Assembly: GCA_965208325.1 (NCBI GenBank)
Contig: OZ242326.1
Span: 2,655,363-2,719,362 of the forward strand
Origin: Candidatus Poribacteria bacterium
GTDB lineage: Bacteria; Poribacteria; WGA-4E; PCPOR2b
Length of the DNA: 64,000 bases
Direction of reading: 5' to 3'
Shown here: positions 29,128 through 38,122 of the stretch, piece after piece
Position numbering within the stretch: the stretch's first letter is position 1
Layout: every line of letters starts with the position of its first letter
The notes under the pieces: generated by a model
Told to the model about the DNA's origin: nothing
Database searches by the model: none
The model's input: only the letters and a program-made list of their open reading frames with translations
Made by a program: the position numbers and the translations under genes

Positions 29128-29342
29128 CACAATAACCACAGGATTTGAGGTAGGTAAGAATATTACCCATTTTTTGATGATGTCCGTCCGACAGAGTATT
29201 GCAGCATCAAACAAATTTAAAAATGTTATATTATTTCACGGTGGGAGGGACATACTTGTCCCGATAATCGGGGCTAGGAAGCCCCTCCCACAGACATAAT
29301 CAATATCTATCTGACGCTGTATTATATAGCTATGACAAAATA

Positions 29343-30866
29343 ATGAAGGATCGAACTATCAAAAACAACGAGCAACTCGATCTAGTATTGGTAAATCCGG
29401 GGAGCCAACGGAAAATCTACCAATCACTCGCATCTACTCTAACCGCTGTTGAACCTCCCGTTTGGGTGGGGCTGCTGGCGACTTTTGTCCGCAATCAAGG
29501 GTTTTCCGTTGCCATCGTTGATGCCAATGCGGAAAACCTAACGCCTGAAGAGACCGCCGAACGAGTCGCCGAGATGAATCCGGTGTTGACAGGGGTCGTT
29601 GTATATGGACACCAACCATCCGCATCGACCCAGAACATGACCGCCGCTGGGGCGATATGCACAGCAGTCAAAAAGCGGTCACCAGCGCTGAAAGTCCTTC
29701 TGGTAGGCGGTCATGCTGCCGCCCTGCCCGAACGAACCCTCAAAGAGGAAACTGCCGACTTTGTTTGCGGCGGGGAAGGGCCCTTCACGGTTATAGAACT
29801 CTTGCAAACGCTCAAATCTGCTCGGAGGGACTATCACATAGTCCGAGGGTTGTGGTATCGGGACAACAATCGTACAATCAAAACAACACCGGCTGCGCCG
29901 CTGGTTAAAGACCTCGACCGTGAAATGCCGTCAATGGCTTGGGACCTTCTACCTATGGAGAAATACCGCGCCCACAACTGGCACTGCTTTGGCGGCCTTG
30001 ACCGAAAACCGTACGCGGCAATCTATACAACTTTGGGATGTCCCTATCATTGCAGTTTCTGCTGCATCCAAGCTCCGTTCAAGAGCGGAGAACAAGCATT
30101 GGGATACAAAACCCGCGTCAACAGCTATCGGTTCTGGCACCCGGATTCCGTCATCGCCCAGATTGACACACTTGTTAAAGATTACGGGGTACGGAACATC
30201 AAAATTGCCGATGAGATGTTCGTGCTCAACCCCAGACATGTGACGGGAATCTGCAACCGGATTATCGAACGTGGATATAACCTGAACATTTGGGCATACG
30301 CCCGAGTGGACACCGTGAAAGCGGAGATGGTGGATGTGCTGAAGCGTGCCGGTTTCAACTGGCTTGCGTTTGGTATAGAGGCTGCCAGCGAGCGCGTGCG
30401 GGACGAAGTGCAGAAAGGGTTTAATCAACAGGACATATACCGGACCCTCGAAGCGGTTAGAGACGCTGGTATCAACGTCATCGGAAATTATATCTTTGGC
30501 TTGCCCGAAGACAATCTGGAATCAATGCAGGCAACTCTAGACCTCGCCCTCGAACTCAATTGTGAGTTCGCCAACTTTTACTGCGCCATGGCGTATCCGG
30601 GTTCCCAACTCTACAACCACGCTTTAGACGCGGGGTGGCCGTTGCCGGCAGAATGGAGCGGCTTTTCTCAACACGCGCCAAACACGCTGCCGCTGCCGAC
30701 GAAGTATCTGTCTGCGTCAGAGGTCTTGCGTTTCCGTGACCACGCTTTTCAAGTGTATTTCAACAGTTCAAAATATCTGGAAATGATTACCGAAAAGTTT
30801 GGTACAGAGACAACAAGTCACATTCGTGAGATGGCGAGTCATAAGCTGGTGCGGCAGTATGCATAG
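29343..30866 (+). CDS. B12-binding-domain radical SAM enzyme (class B radical SAM, probable sugar C-methyltransferase/rearrangement enzyme)
   Basis: N-terminal cobalamin-binding Rossmann-like domain (PPVWVGLLATFVRNQGFSVAIVDANAE) and the radical-SAM Cys box GCPYHCSFCC. Confidence 0.8.
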   Translation: MKDRTIKNNEQLDLVLVNPGSQRKIYQSLASTLTAVEPPVWVGLLATFVRNQGFSVAIVDANAENLTPEETAERVAEMNPVLTGVVVYGHQPSASTQNMTAAGAICTAVKKRSPALKVLLVGGHAAALPERTLKEETADFVCGGEGPFTVIELLQTLKSARRDYHIVRGLWYRDNNRTIKTTPAAPLVKDLDREMPSMAWDLLPMEKYRAHNWHCFGGLDRKPYAAIYTTLGCPYHCSFCCIQAPFKSGEQALGYKTRVNSYRFWHPDSVIAQIDTLVKDYGVRNIKIADEMFVLNPRHVTGICNRIIERGYNLNIWAYARVDTVKAEMVDVLKRAGFNWLAFGIEAASERVRDEVQKGFNQQDIYRTLEAVRDAGINVIGNYIFGLPEDNLESMQATLDLALELNCEFANFYCAMAYPGSQLYNHALDAGWPLPAEWSGFSQHAPNTLPLPTKYLSASEVLRFRDHAFQVYFNSSKYLEMITEKFGTETTSHIREMASHKLVRQYA

Positions 30867-30880
30867 ATGCAGGTGCACGG

Positions 30881-32392
30881 ATGCCTCAAACACTCAAACT
30901 ACATGGCCGCTTGTTGGTCAAAAATACGAGCCTCAATTTCGGGGCGAAGGTGCTGCCCCTTGTTGCAATGGGGGTCACGATTCCGTATGTGATTGAAGGT
31001 TTGGGAACGGCGCGTTACGGGATTTTCACACTCATCTGGGCTGTCATAGGTTATTTCAGCGTCCTTGATTTGGGTTTGGGGAAAGCGACCGCAAAGAAGG
31101 TCGCGGAAGCGATCGGCAGAGGGGAAAGCGCCTCGATTCCGTCTATTGCGTGGACGGCTGTCGTACTTACACTGGGTTTAGGGTTAATTGCAAGCTTCAC
31201 CCTCATGGCGTTCACATCGCTTCTGGTGAACAATGTCTTTCAGGTGGATGCCAACTTGAGCGAAGAGACCCAACAGGTCTTCTACCTTGCTGCGGTCGGT
31301 CTGCTCATCGCACTGGTCAAATCTGCGCTTACCGGGGTGTTGGAGGCGCATCAGCGGTTCGATTTAATCAACCTGGTGGGCGTTCCTTCAAGCTTGCTTT
31401 CCGCGGTTATCCCACCTTTTGTTCTTTATGCAGATGGCGGGCTGCCCGCTATCGTTAGTCTGCTCGTTATCAAAAACGGTTTCGAGCTATTCGTTTTGTC
31501 TTTCCTCTGGTTGAAGGTGTTGCCGTCAGGAGACCGCTTCTTTTCGCTAGATGTGAAAATGAGCCCCGCCCTTTTTTCGTTTGGAGGGTGGTTGACGCTG
31601 CACAACGTCGCGAGTTATATTCTACAATACGTTGAGCGGTTCCTAATTGGCGCGCTCTTGACAATTACAGCGGTCACCTATTACGGCGTTCCTTTCACCC
31701 TCATCAGTGCGTTGACGGTTCTTCCTTCGAGCCTGATGCCTGTCCTCTTTCCCGCTTTTAGCGCCCTTCACCATTCAGATGTCACGAGATTAGAAAATCT
31801 TTTCCGGCGGGCACTGAAATATCTCGTCGTATTGATGGGGCTAGCGGCGACGTTTCTGATGATATTTTCGGAGGAAATCTTGGTATTGTGGATTGGCGAG
31901 GATGGTATCAGAAGCATCAATGTACTTCAGTTCCTCGCTGTGGGATACGTGCTCTCGGTTGTTTCATGGTATTTCAGCACGTTCCTGCAAGGGACGGGCT
32001 ATATTAAAGCGGTGACGGCAATTGCGCTGGCGTTCTTGGCTTTTCAGGTTCCATTCTCATGGGCGTTAATCACGGTGTGGGGAATCGAGGGCGCGGCTTT
32101 GGCGTTCACATTCAGCCGGGCGCTGGTGGTTTTGGTATTCTACTGTACCGCTCGAAGGTTAAATCTGATACATCCTTTGCGGGTGTCCATCGGTAAACTG
32201 GCAAAACTCACCTGCGGGTTTTTGATTATCATTTCAGCAACGGTGTTGCTCAAAATAGTTGTAGGCATACTTCCGTGGTCTATCATTCTGAGCGCCCCTG
32301 TATTCATTGCAAGCACCCTCCTGTTTGGCTGGTATGCCATTCTCACCCATGAGGACAAACGCATGGTGTTGCAGTCGGTAAAGCGAGTCTGA
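30881..32392 (+). CDS. Wzx-type oligosaccharide flippase (MOP/PST family)
   Basis: 503 aa, about 14 TM helices, PST-family N-terminus (NFGAKVLPLVAMGVTIPYVIEGLGTARYGIF). Confidence 0.8.
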   Translation: MPQTLKLHGRLLVKNTSLNFGAKVLPLVAMGVTIPYVIEGLGTARYGIFTLIWAVIGYFSVLDLGLGKATAKKVAEAIGRGESASIPSIAWTAVVLTLGLGLIASFTLMAFTSLLVNNVFQVDANLSEETQQVFYLAAVGLLIALVKSALTGVLEAHQRFDLINLVGVPSSLLSAVIPPFVLYADGGLPAIVSLLVIKNGFELFVLSFLWLKVLPSGDRFFSLDVKMSPALFSFGGWLTLHNVASYILQYVERFLIGALLTITAVTYYGVPFTLISALTVLPSSLMPVLFPAFSALHHSDVTRLENLFRRALKYLVVLMGLAATFLMIFSEEILVLWIGEDGIRSINVLQFLAVGYVLSVVSWYFSTFLQGTGYIKAVTAIALAFLAFQVPFSWALITVWGIEGAALAFTFSRALVVLVFYCTARRLNLIHPLRVSIGKLAKLTCGFLIIISATVLLKIVVGILPWSIILSAPVFIASTLLFGWYAILTHEDKRMVLQSVKRV

Positions 32393-32587
32393 CACATTTC
32401 AAATCTGTTCGCTGAACTGGGACCTGCATTAGACGGGACGGAACTATGGAAAGTATCCCACTTTTACGAAGAAAAGTCCATTCGCCAGGTTGGAAAACAC
32501 CTCTTTTAAGGTAGAGCAAAACATTCAAATACAAATTCCAGCGATGAGAATACTAGGGCGTGTTGACATTTATGTAAAACGGCCTGC

Positions 32588-32787
32588 AATCGTAGGGGAT
32601 CAAGCGACTGAATAGGGAGTGCGATAGTTTTACTTATAGTGTTTATCAGGTTACCTCGCCCATTGACCAACGCGGGCAGGGAACTTCCAACCATACAGAT
32701 TGAGTCGATTTTGGTCAAACAGCCTACAGCAGTCCAAAATCGTATCTGATTCTGACAAAAGGGTTGGGGAACCCAACCCCTACGAAG
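32588..32787. mobile_element. second MITE-like element (about 200 bp) with TIR-like ends related to the 23392-23679 element; its left end coincides with a dispersed 40-bp repeat copy
   Basis: Left end is cgtaggggatcaagcg and right end is gggttggggaacccaacccctacgaag, compared with TIRs ttgtaggttgggttaagcg / caacccaacctacaag. Located between the convergent Wzx and rpe genes. Confidence 0.45.
32591..32630 (-). repeat. dispersed roughly 40-bp intergenic repeat, copy B (consensus AAACTATCGCCCTCGCTATTCGCTCGGTTGATCCCTACGG)
   Basis: The reverse complement aaactatcgcactccctattcagtcgcttgatcccctacg matches copies at 23544 and 34688 (+ orientation) and at 39767 (- orientation). Confidence 0.8.
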
Positions 32788-32893
32788 CGTCATGTGTATG
32801 TGCACCGTTCTTGATTGTCCAGTTGCGATGAAATGTCAACAGAACCTAATTTATTTCAGGTATTCCCGCTTCATTTAATCTTATTGCACCACT

Positions 32894-33565
32894 TCATGCC
32901 GAAGCGGCTTCCCGCAATCCATTTATCGCCTCTTTAACGTTATCGCTGCGGAAAATTGCCGTGCCTGCCACTAAAATTGTTGCCCCGCGGCTTCCCACCA
33001 AACGAGCAGTATCGAACGTGATTCCTCCGTCGACCTCAATCTCAATACTAGTGTTCCGTTCACGAACAAGTTGCTTCAACCGATCCAGTTTTTCGAGGGT
33101 GCCCATCATGAATGATTGACCGCTAAAGCCTGGGTCGACGCTCATAGGCAGAACAAGATCCAAATCGGCAAGGTACGGTTCTACCGAAGATATCGGTGTT
33201 GAAGGACGGAGGGCGATGCCCGCCTGTATCCCACGTGTCTTAATTTGGTCAATCACTTTCTGGATGGGAAAATCAATTTCGATATGAAACGTGATGAACT
33301 CCGCGCCGGCGTCCGCGAATACACCAATGTAATCTTGAGGATGCGTAATCATCAAATGCACATCGAAAGGGAGATTGGTATAGCGCCTGATGGATTTGAT
33401 GAGTTGCGGCCCCATCGTCAAATTGGGAGTAAAATGGCCATCCATAACGTCGAGGTGGATCAGATCGGCGCCCGCCGCAACGATTTTGCTAACTTCCTCA
33501 CCCATCCGGCTGAAATCCGCTGATAGCATTGACGGGGCAATCTTGATTTTTTTTTCGGTCACCAC
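32894..33565 (-). CDS. rpe: ribulose-phosphate 3-epimerase
   Basis: KIAPSMLSADF, HLDVMDGHFTPNLT, and C-terminal GADILVAG-like motifs. Confidence 0.9.
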   Translation of the reverse strand: MVTEKKIKIAPSMLSADFSRMGEEVSKIVAAGADLIHLDVMDGHFTPNLTMGPQLIKSIRRYTNLPFDVHLMITHPQDYIGVFADAGAEFITFHIEIDFPIQKVIDQIKTRGIQAGIALRPSTPISSVEPYLADLDLVLPMSVDPGFSGQSFMMGTLEKLDRLKQLVRERNTSIEIEVDGGITFDTARLVGSRGATILVAGTAIFRSDNVKEAINGLREAASA

Positions 33566-34536
33566 AGTTCTTTCCTCACTACTTCATTATTATCTTCATA
33601 GACAACCATCGTCGCTTCGCCGAGGACTTTATACGGCTGAGAAATCTTAAACCCGGCTTGGTAGCGGCTATCAATCACTTTTTTTCTTCCGCGGTCGTCT
33701 ACCACAAAAATGGTCACCTTTTTCGAAGCGGCAGTCGTCGAGGACACTTCGTGTTTAATGACGACGAATTCCCCTTTTTCCGCCGGCCCTATCGGTGAGC
33801 CGCTAATCACGAGATCAACAACCTGACCCACTGGAATCAGGGTGCCCGCGTCCGGTTGATGGCTGATAATCAACCCTTGATTAATTTCTGCATGCAGCGC
33901 GTAATTTTCTACTCCAATTTTAAGGCTGTGCGATTCAAGTAAATTACGAACTTCATCAAGACCCATACGGCGTAAATCCGGCATACGCAAAATTTTTGGA
34001 CGCGGACCCGAACTTAACAGAAGATTCACTAGAGTTCCGCGCACATGCGCGGCGCCGGCTTGCGGCGTTTGCGCAATCACCGTATTGACTTCAGGATAGC
34101 GGTCCGAATGCACAACCGCAACGCGCCCACGGCGAAATCCGGCGTCTTTGAGGATTCTTTCCCCGTCCTCCAAGGATTGATTGACAACGTCTGGCACTGA
34201 AATACTCTCGTTGCCTACACTCAAAGTCAGTCGAACCGGCTTCTTGCGTTTCACTTTGAAGTCGGCGAGAGGTTCTTGTGCGATTACATGGCCTTCCGGA
34301 ATCACATCGCTCGGTTTCTGCTCAAGCTCCGGATCGAGTTGCAATCCCGCGTTGTAGACCATCTGGATGGCTTGCTGGTGGCTCTGACTTATCAGATTAG
34401 GAACTGCAACCTCGCCGCCCCGAACCAAACTAGGAATAACGACGAACAACAAAACCAATCCAACCATGCAAACAACAATGAGGCTAAAAAAGGCAACTTT
34501 GATAATCGCAAAGAAAACGGCATTTAGGTTCATCAT
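33559..34536 (-). CDS. membrane-anchored PASTA-domain protein (3 PASTA repeats, no kinase domain)
   Basis: N-terminal TM helix followed by three roughly 65-aa PASTA repeats (VPNLISQSHQQAIQMV..., VPDVVNQSLEDGERIL..., MPDLRRMGLDEVRNLL...). Overlaps the rpe start by 7 nt. Confidence 0.75.
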   Translation of the reverse strand: MMNLNAVFFAIIKVAFFSLIVVCMVGLVLLFVVIPSLVRGGEVAVPNLISQSHQQAIQMVYNAGLQLDPELEQKPSDVIPEGHVIAQEPLADFKVKRKKPVRLTLSVGNESISVPDVVNQSLEDGERILKDAGFRRGRVAVVHSDRYPEVNTVIAQTPQAGAAHVRGTLVNLLLSSGPRPKILRMPDLRRMGLDEVRNLLESHSLKIGVENYALHAEINQGLIISHQPDAGTLIPVGQVVDLVISGSPIGPAEKGEFVVIKHEVSSTTAASKKVTIFVVDDRGRKKVIDSRYQAGFKISQPYKVLGEATMVVYEDNNEVVRKELW

Positions 34537-34573
34537 TTTAGTACCATCAAGCGGCCAAACAGAAAGCGTGATA

Positions 34574-34726
34574 GATTTTGAAGTCTATCGCCGTCATTAT
34601 TCGTACCTTTCAGGTTGTACCTGCTCGTCAGTTAGTATTATCACCCTCGTATTCGCTCGGTTGAAATTGTACCTGCTTATCGGTTAAAACTATCGCCCTC
34701 GCTATTCGCTCGGTTGATCCCTACGG
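34574..34726 (+). repeat. tandem array of about 2.8 diverged 53-bp repeats whose last unit is the dispersed 40-bp repeat (copy C, 34688-34726); overlaps the 3' end of fmt
   Basis: Units are gtctatcgccgtcattattcgtacctttcaggttgtacctgctcgtcagttag, tattatcaccctcgtattcgctcggttgaaattgtacctgcttatcggttaaa, and actatcgccctcgctattcgctcggttgatccctacgg. Confidence 0.8.
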
Positions 34727-35661
34727 AAAAATCGATCCCCAGTTTTCAAACGATGACCGTTAATAAAATCGTAACCACGTATTTTTTGTCTGTTTGCAGG
34801 TTGCACACAATCCAGCCGCACTGCTCGGTGTCCTGCAACCACAATGAGCTCCTTATCAGGCGTAATCTGGATTGTACCCGGCGGATTATCTGAGGAATTC
34901 GTACAATCGACAGCAGCGCAGTCGATTATCTTCAAGCGAAGGTTATCCCCCAAATAGGTGTATGCGCTGGGCCAAACAACGGTACCTCGCACTAAATTGC
35001 AGATTTCAGCCGCGGATTTTCGCCAGTCAATCTGCCCAATCTCTTTTGTCAGTCGAGGCGCTTGCGTCGCCTCCGCGTGGTCCTGCGGCGAATGAGGCGG
35101 AGGTACGCCTGATGCGTTTTCCAAAGCTTGAATCAAAAGCGGAGCGGCTAAGCGCGCCAAGCGGTTGGAGAGGGTCGCGGCTGTATCTTGAGGGTCAATT
35201 TTCACCCGCCTTTGCAGGATAATGCCCCCGGTATCCGCCCCTTCATCAAGCAGCATTATGGTAACTCCTGTCTCCGTCTCCCCATTGATTAAAGCCCATT
35301 GAATTGGCGCAGCGCCGCGGTATTTGGGAAGTAGAGACGGATGCGAGTTGATACATCCACAAGGTGGGATAGCTAACACCGATTTGGGCAGCAATTGACC
35401 GAATGCGGCGACTACGATAGCCATCGGCCGGAGGTTTTTCAAAACTCGAATAAACTCTCGATGGCGTACCTTCTCAGGTTGATATACCGGCAAATTATGC
35501 GCAGCGGCAATAATCTTGACGGGCGGCGGCGTGAGCCGCTTGCCTCTGCCGCTGGGTTTATCCGGTTGGGTCACGACACCGACGATATCGAAGTTTTCAG
35601 CGATTAGCTGTTCCAGGCTAGGAATAGCAAATTCGCTCGTCCCCATGAAAACGATTCTCAT
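34702..35661 (-). CDS. fmt: methionyl-tRNA formyltransferase
   Basis: MRIVFMGTSEFA, formyltransferase N-domain, HPSLLPKYRG motif, and C-terminal domain. Confidence 0.9.
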   Translation of the reverse strand: MRIVFMGTSEFAIPSLEQLIAENFDIVGVVTQPDKPSGRGKRLTPPPVKIIAAAHNLPVYQPEKVRHREFIRVLKNLRPMAIVVAAFGQLLPKSVLAIPPCGCINSHPSLLPKYRGAAPIQWALINGETETGVTIMLLDEGADTGGIILQRRVKIDPQDTAATLSNRLARLAAPLLIQALENASGVPPPHSPQDHAEATQAPRLTKEIGQIDWRKSAAEICNLVRGTVVWPSAYTYLGDNLRLKIIDCAAVDCTNSSDNPPGTIQITPDKELIVVAGHRAVRLDCVQPANRQKIRGYDFINGHRLKTGDRFFRRDQPSE

Positions 35662-35669
35662 TTTTCAAT

Positions 35670-35745
35670 AGCGCTGTCCTTTCGCTCAGTCGTCCCTATT
35701 CGGTCGCCTGATCATTTACTATTTGTTCGCTTAATCCTTTCAGGT
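35670..35745 (+). repeat. degenerate copy of the dispersed repeat family in the def-fmt intergenic spacer
   Basis: cctttcgctcagtcgtccctattcggtcgcctgatc and tatttgttcgcttaatcctttcaggttgag resemble the 34574-34726 units. Confidence 0.5.
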
Positions 35746-36227
35746 TGAGTTTCCAGCAACTCCTGATCCTCAAGAATCAATCGGTCAATGAACAGAACCC
35801 CGTCAAGATGATCGATTTCATGCTGTAAGACTCGCGCCATTAACCCGCTCGCTTCAAATTCGACTTCATCCGTGTTCAGAAGCAGGCCCTTAACCGTTAC
35901 ATCCATGGCACGCCTCACAATGCCCCTGTAACCGGGCAAACTCAAGCACCCTTCCTCTCCCAGTTCCTCACCTTCCGCACGCGTAATTACAGGATTAATC
36001 AACGCAATTGGCGGAATTTCAGGGTGATAGTCATTGATGTCGATGGCAATAATCCTATTGGAAACACCAACCTGCGGCGCAGCCAAACCAATGCCTTGAG
36101 CTGACCGCATGGTCTCAAACATATCCTGAACCAATTTAGAAATATTCGCGGAAATCTGTTCGACGGGCGAGGCCTTCTCACGTAAAATGGGTGTGTTTTC
36201 ACCGACCACAATATTCAAAACTGCCAT
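35712..36227 (-). CDS. def: peptide deformylase
   Basis: GIGLAAPQVG, EGCLSLPG, and HEIDHLDG metal-binding motifs. Confidence 0.95.
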   Translation of the reverse strand: MAVLNIVVGENTPILREKASPVEQISANISKLVQDMFETMRSAQGIGLAAPQVGVSNRIIAIDINDYHPEIPPIALINPVITRAEGEELGEEGCLSLPGYRGIVRRAMDVTVKGLLLNTDEVEFEASGLMARVLQHEIDHLDGVLFIDRLILEDQELLETQPERIKRTNSK

Positions 36228-36304
36228 AGCTTGTTATGTAGCATATAAGCAGATAAGCCAATTCCAATTGATTATAGCACTATTGGTTATAATTGGCAAA
36301 ACAG

Positions 36305-36787
36305 CTAAAATCGAATGTGGACCAACGGAACAAAAAGACCCTGCGAATCTTCCAATTCCCATTCGTTCTCACTGACTCTTTCCGGGGTCGGTGCGGAGGG
36401 TGGAGACGTTGGAATGAGCTGCTCGGACAAGTTTTTATCGCGTGTATGAAGCCAATCCCAGAAACCAATGAAGAGTGCGAGTGACGCGGCTGACGCACCC
36501 ATAATTTTAAAGTCCAGGCTGTCAAGGTCAGGCGCAACTTGGTTTTGCCGAATCATTTCAACGCCGCGCACAGCAAGAAAACTGTGAATTGCTGTAAATG
36601 GTAGTGAAACGAGTGTCACAATCTCAAATCGCCGCAATGCGCTCTCTTGATATACTTCTCTTTCTTGGGCTTTGCCCTGTCCTCTGCGCACCGACGCCCT
36701 TTCCCCCGACGAATTTTGAGATTGGCCATAGGAATTCCCTGACGCTAACAACGCAATTATTAGAACAGACAGTAGTTTAGCTTTCAT
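36305..36787 (-). CDS. hypothetical exported protein
   Basis: Signal peptide MKAKLLSVLIIALLASGNSYG. No family motif. C-terminal F. Confidence 0.45.
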   Translation of the reverse strand: MKAKLLSVLIIALLASGNSYGQSQNSSGERASVRRGQGKAQEREVYQESALRRFEIVTLVSLPFTAIHSFLAVRGVEMIRQNQVAPDLDSLDFKIMGASAASLALFIGFWDWLHTRDKNLSEQLIPTSPPSAPTPERVSENEWELEDSQGLFVPLVHIRF

Positions 36788-37286
36788 TTTGTTTGCGATC
36801 ATCGTAATCTCCTCGATGACGAAGCAGGTGAATTATAAGCATTCCCGCCCCGACACAGACTGCCACATCGGCAAGGTTAAATGTTGGCCACCAAAAATTC
36901 GGCAGCAATCGAAACCGAAGGAAATCTGTAACCTCGCCGTGGCGAATTCGATCCAAAAAATTTCCGAGCGCCCCGCCTAGTAGGACGCTGAGGGCAATTC
37001 TCATCCACAAACTGTGCAGGTATTGCTTGTAATAGACAAATATAAAGCCGATAGCAACGATTGTTATTATCGTAAGAATCAAATTTTGCCCGCGCATCAG
37101 TCCGAAGGCAGCACCGGTGTTTGTGGTATAGCTTAGTTCAAATATTCCTTCAATGACAACAATAACCTGTGGATTGCGCGGTACAATGATTTCTTGGACC
37201 AACCATTTGGTCAACTGATCTGCGGCGAGTACGAGAGAGGTAATCCCCAATAACGGAAGAAACAGCTTGATTCTATCTTTCAACAT
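36777..37286 (-). CDS. lspA: lipoprotein signal peptidase (signal peptidase II)
   Basis: NTGAAFG, GGALGNFLDR, and FNLADVAV motifs. Confidence 0.9.
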   Translation of the reverse strand: MLKDRIKLFLPLLGITSLVLAADQLTKWLVQEIIVPRNPQVIVVIEGIFELSYTTNTGAAFGLMRGQNLILTIITIVAIGFIFVYYKQYLHSLWMRIALSVLLGGALGNFLDRIRHGEVTDFLRFRLLPNFWWPTFNLADVAVCVGAGMLIIHLLRHRGDYDDRKQNES

Positions 37287-37358
37287 GGTTAACTTTCCCT
37301 ATGTACCATATTGCTGCGGTTCTAGTTGGTTTGCGCATTAAACGCACCGCGATTAAAA

Positions 37359-37661
37359 TTAACTGCCCCGCATTGCATGAATTGTATCGAGAGTATATGC
37401 CTCATAGGGGGTCTCCAATAGCTCCGCTAACCGGTCAAATTCACTTGCATCTTGCGCTTGTTCGACCATTGCCTCGTGCGATTCAGCGGATTCCCATTCC
37501 TCAATCTCAAATATGTGATGTTTTTGTGTTTGATCTTGAAGCAGTGAAATACGTTTACAACCTGCGTCAAGCAACATAGGTTGTAAATCGGTCAAAAAAT
37601 CCAATAGGGCATCAATTTTGTCCGGCTTAGCTTGGTAACGGACGATAACCGTAACGCTCAT
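37359..37661 (-). CDS. ABM-domain (antibiotic biosynthesis monooxygenase / YgiN-like) protein
   Basis: MSVTVIVRYQAKPDKIDALLDFL...HHIFEIEEWESAESHEAM. Ferredoxin-like ABM fold pattern. Start assigned to the internal Met. Confidence 0.5.
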   Translation of the reverse strand: MSVTVIVRYQAKPDKIDALLDFLTDLQPMLLDAGCKRISLLQDQTQKHHIFEIEEWESAESHEAMVEQAQDASEFDRLAELLETPYEAYTLDTIHAMRGS

Positions 37662-37830
37662 CACGCCTCTCCGTATATGCAGTAGATTGTGCCGTTGGCA
37701 CTTTGGCCGGCAAAAAAACAAAATTCAATCGTGGTGTAACTTTATGTATCCAAGGCACCTGCGTTTCTTCTAATTTTTTTCTTGGTTTAACGGGTCGCGC
37801 AAATCGATAGATCTGAATCAATCCCAAGTA

Positions 37831-38097
37831 TTAAAATGCCGCGTTCACGAAATTTTGTAGTACGGTCAACAGAAGAATTAGAACGATTGGCGAGATGTCG
37901 AATGGGACATTGCCCATTAACGGTCTGAGTAACTGGCGGATTGGATCTAAAAGCGGATCTACCAATTGCCCCGTCGTCCAATAGAATCTCCGAATCGTCA
38001 TATTCGGGTTGCCAATATGCACCAACCAAGACAAAATCACGTTGGCAACCACAATCAGTGTATAGATTCCAATCAATTTGCTCAATATCCAACCCAT
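37831..38097 (-). CDS. yggT: YggT-family membrane protein
   Basis: 88 aa, two TM helices. Sits in the conserved yggS-proC-yggT neighbourhood. Confidence 0.75.
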   Translation of the reverse strand: MGWILSKLIGIYTLIVVANVILSWLVHIGNPNMTIRRFYWTTGQLVDPLLDPIRQLLRPLMGNVPFDISPIVLILLLTVLQNFVNAAF

Positions 38098-38122
38098 ATT
38101 CTCGGTTCCTTGTCGGTAGTTT

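Noticed and set aside
32506-32805. 99-aa minus-strand ORF in the Wzx/rpe convergent gap.
   Set aside because: Overlaps the MITE-like or repeat element. No coding signature.
34574-34726. Considered whether the 53-bp tandem repeats could be a CRISPR array.
   Set aside because: Units are only about 60-70% identical to each other, with no alternation of a conserved repeat and unique spacers. There are only about 2.8 units and no cas genes nearby.
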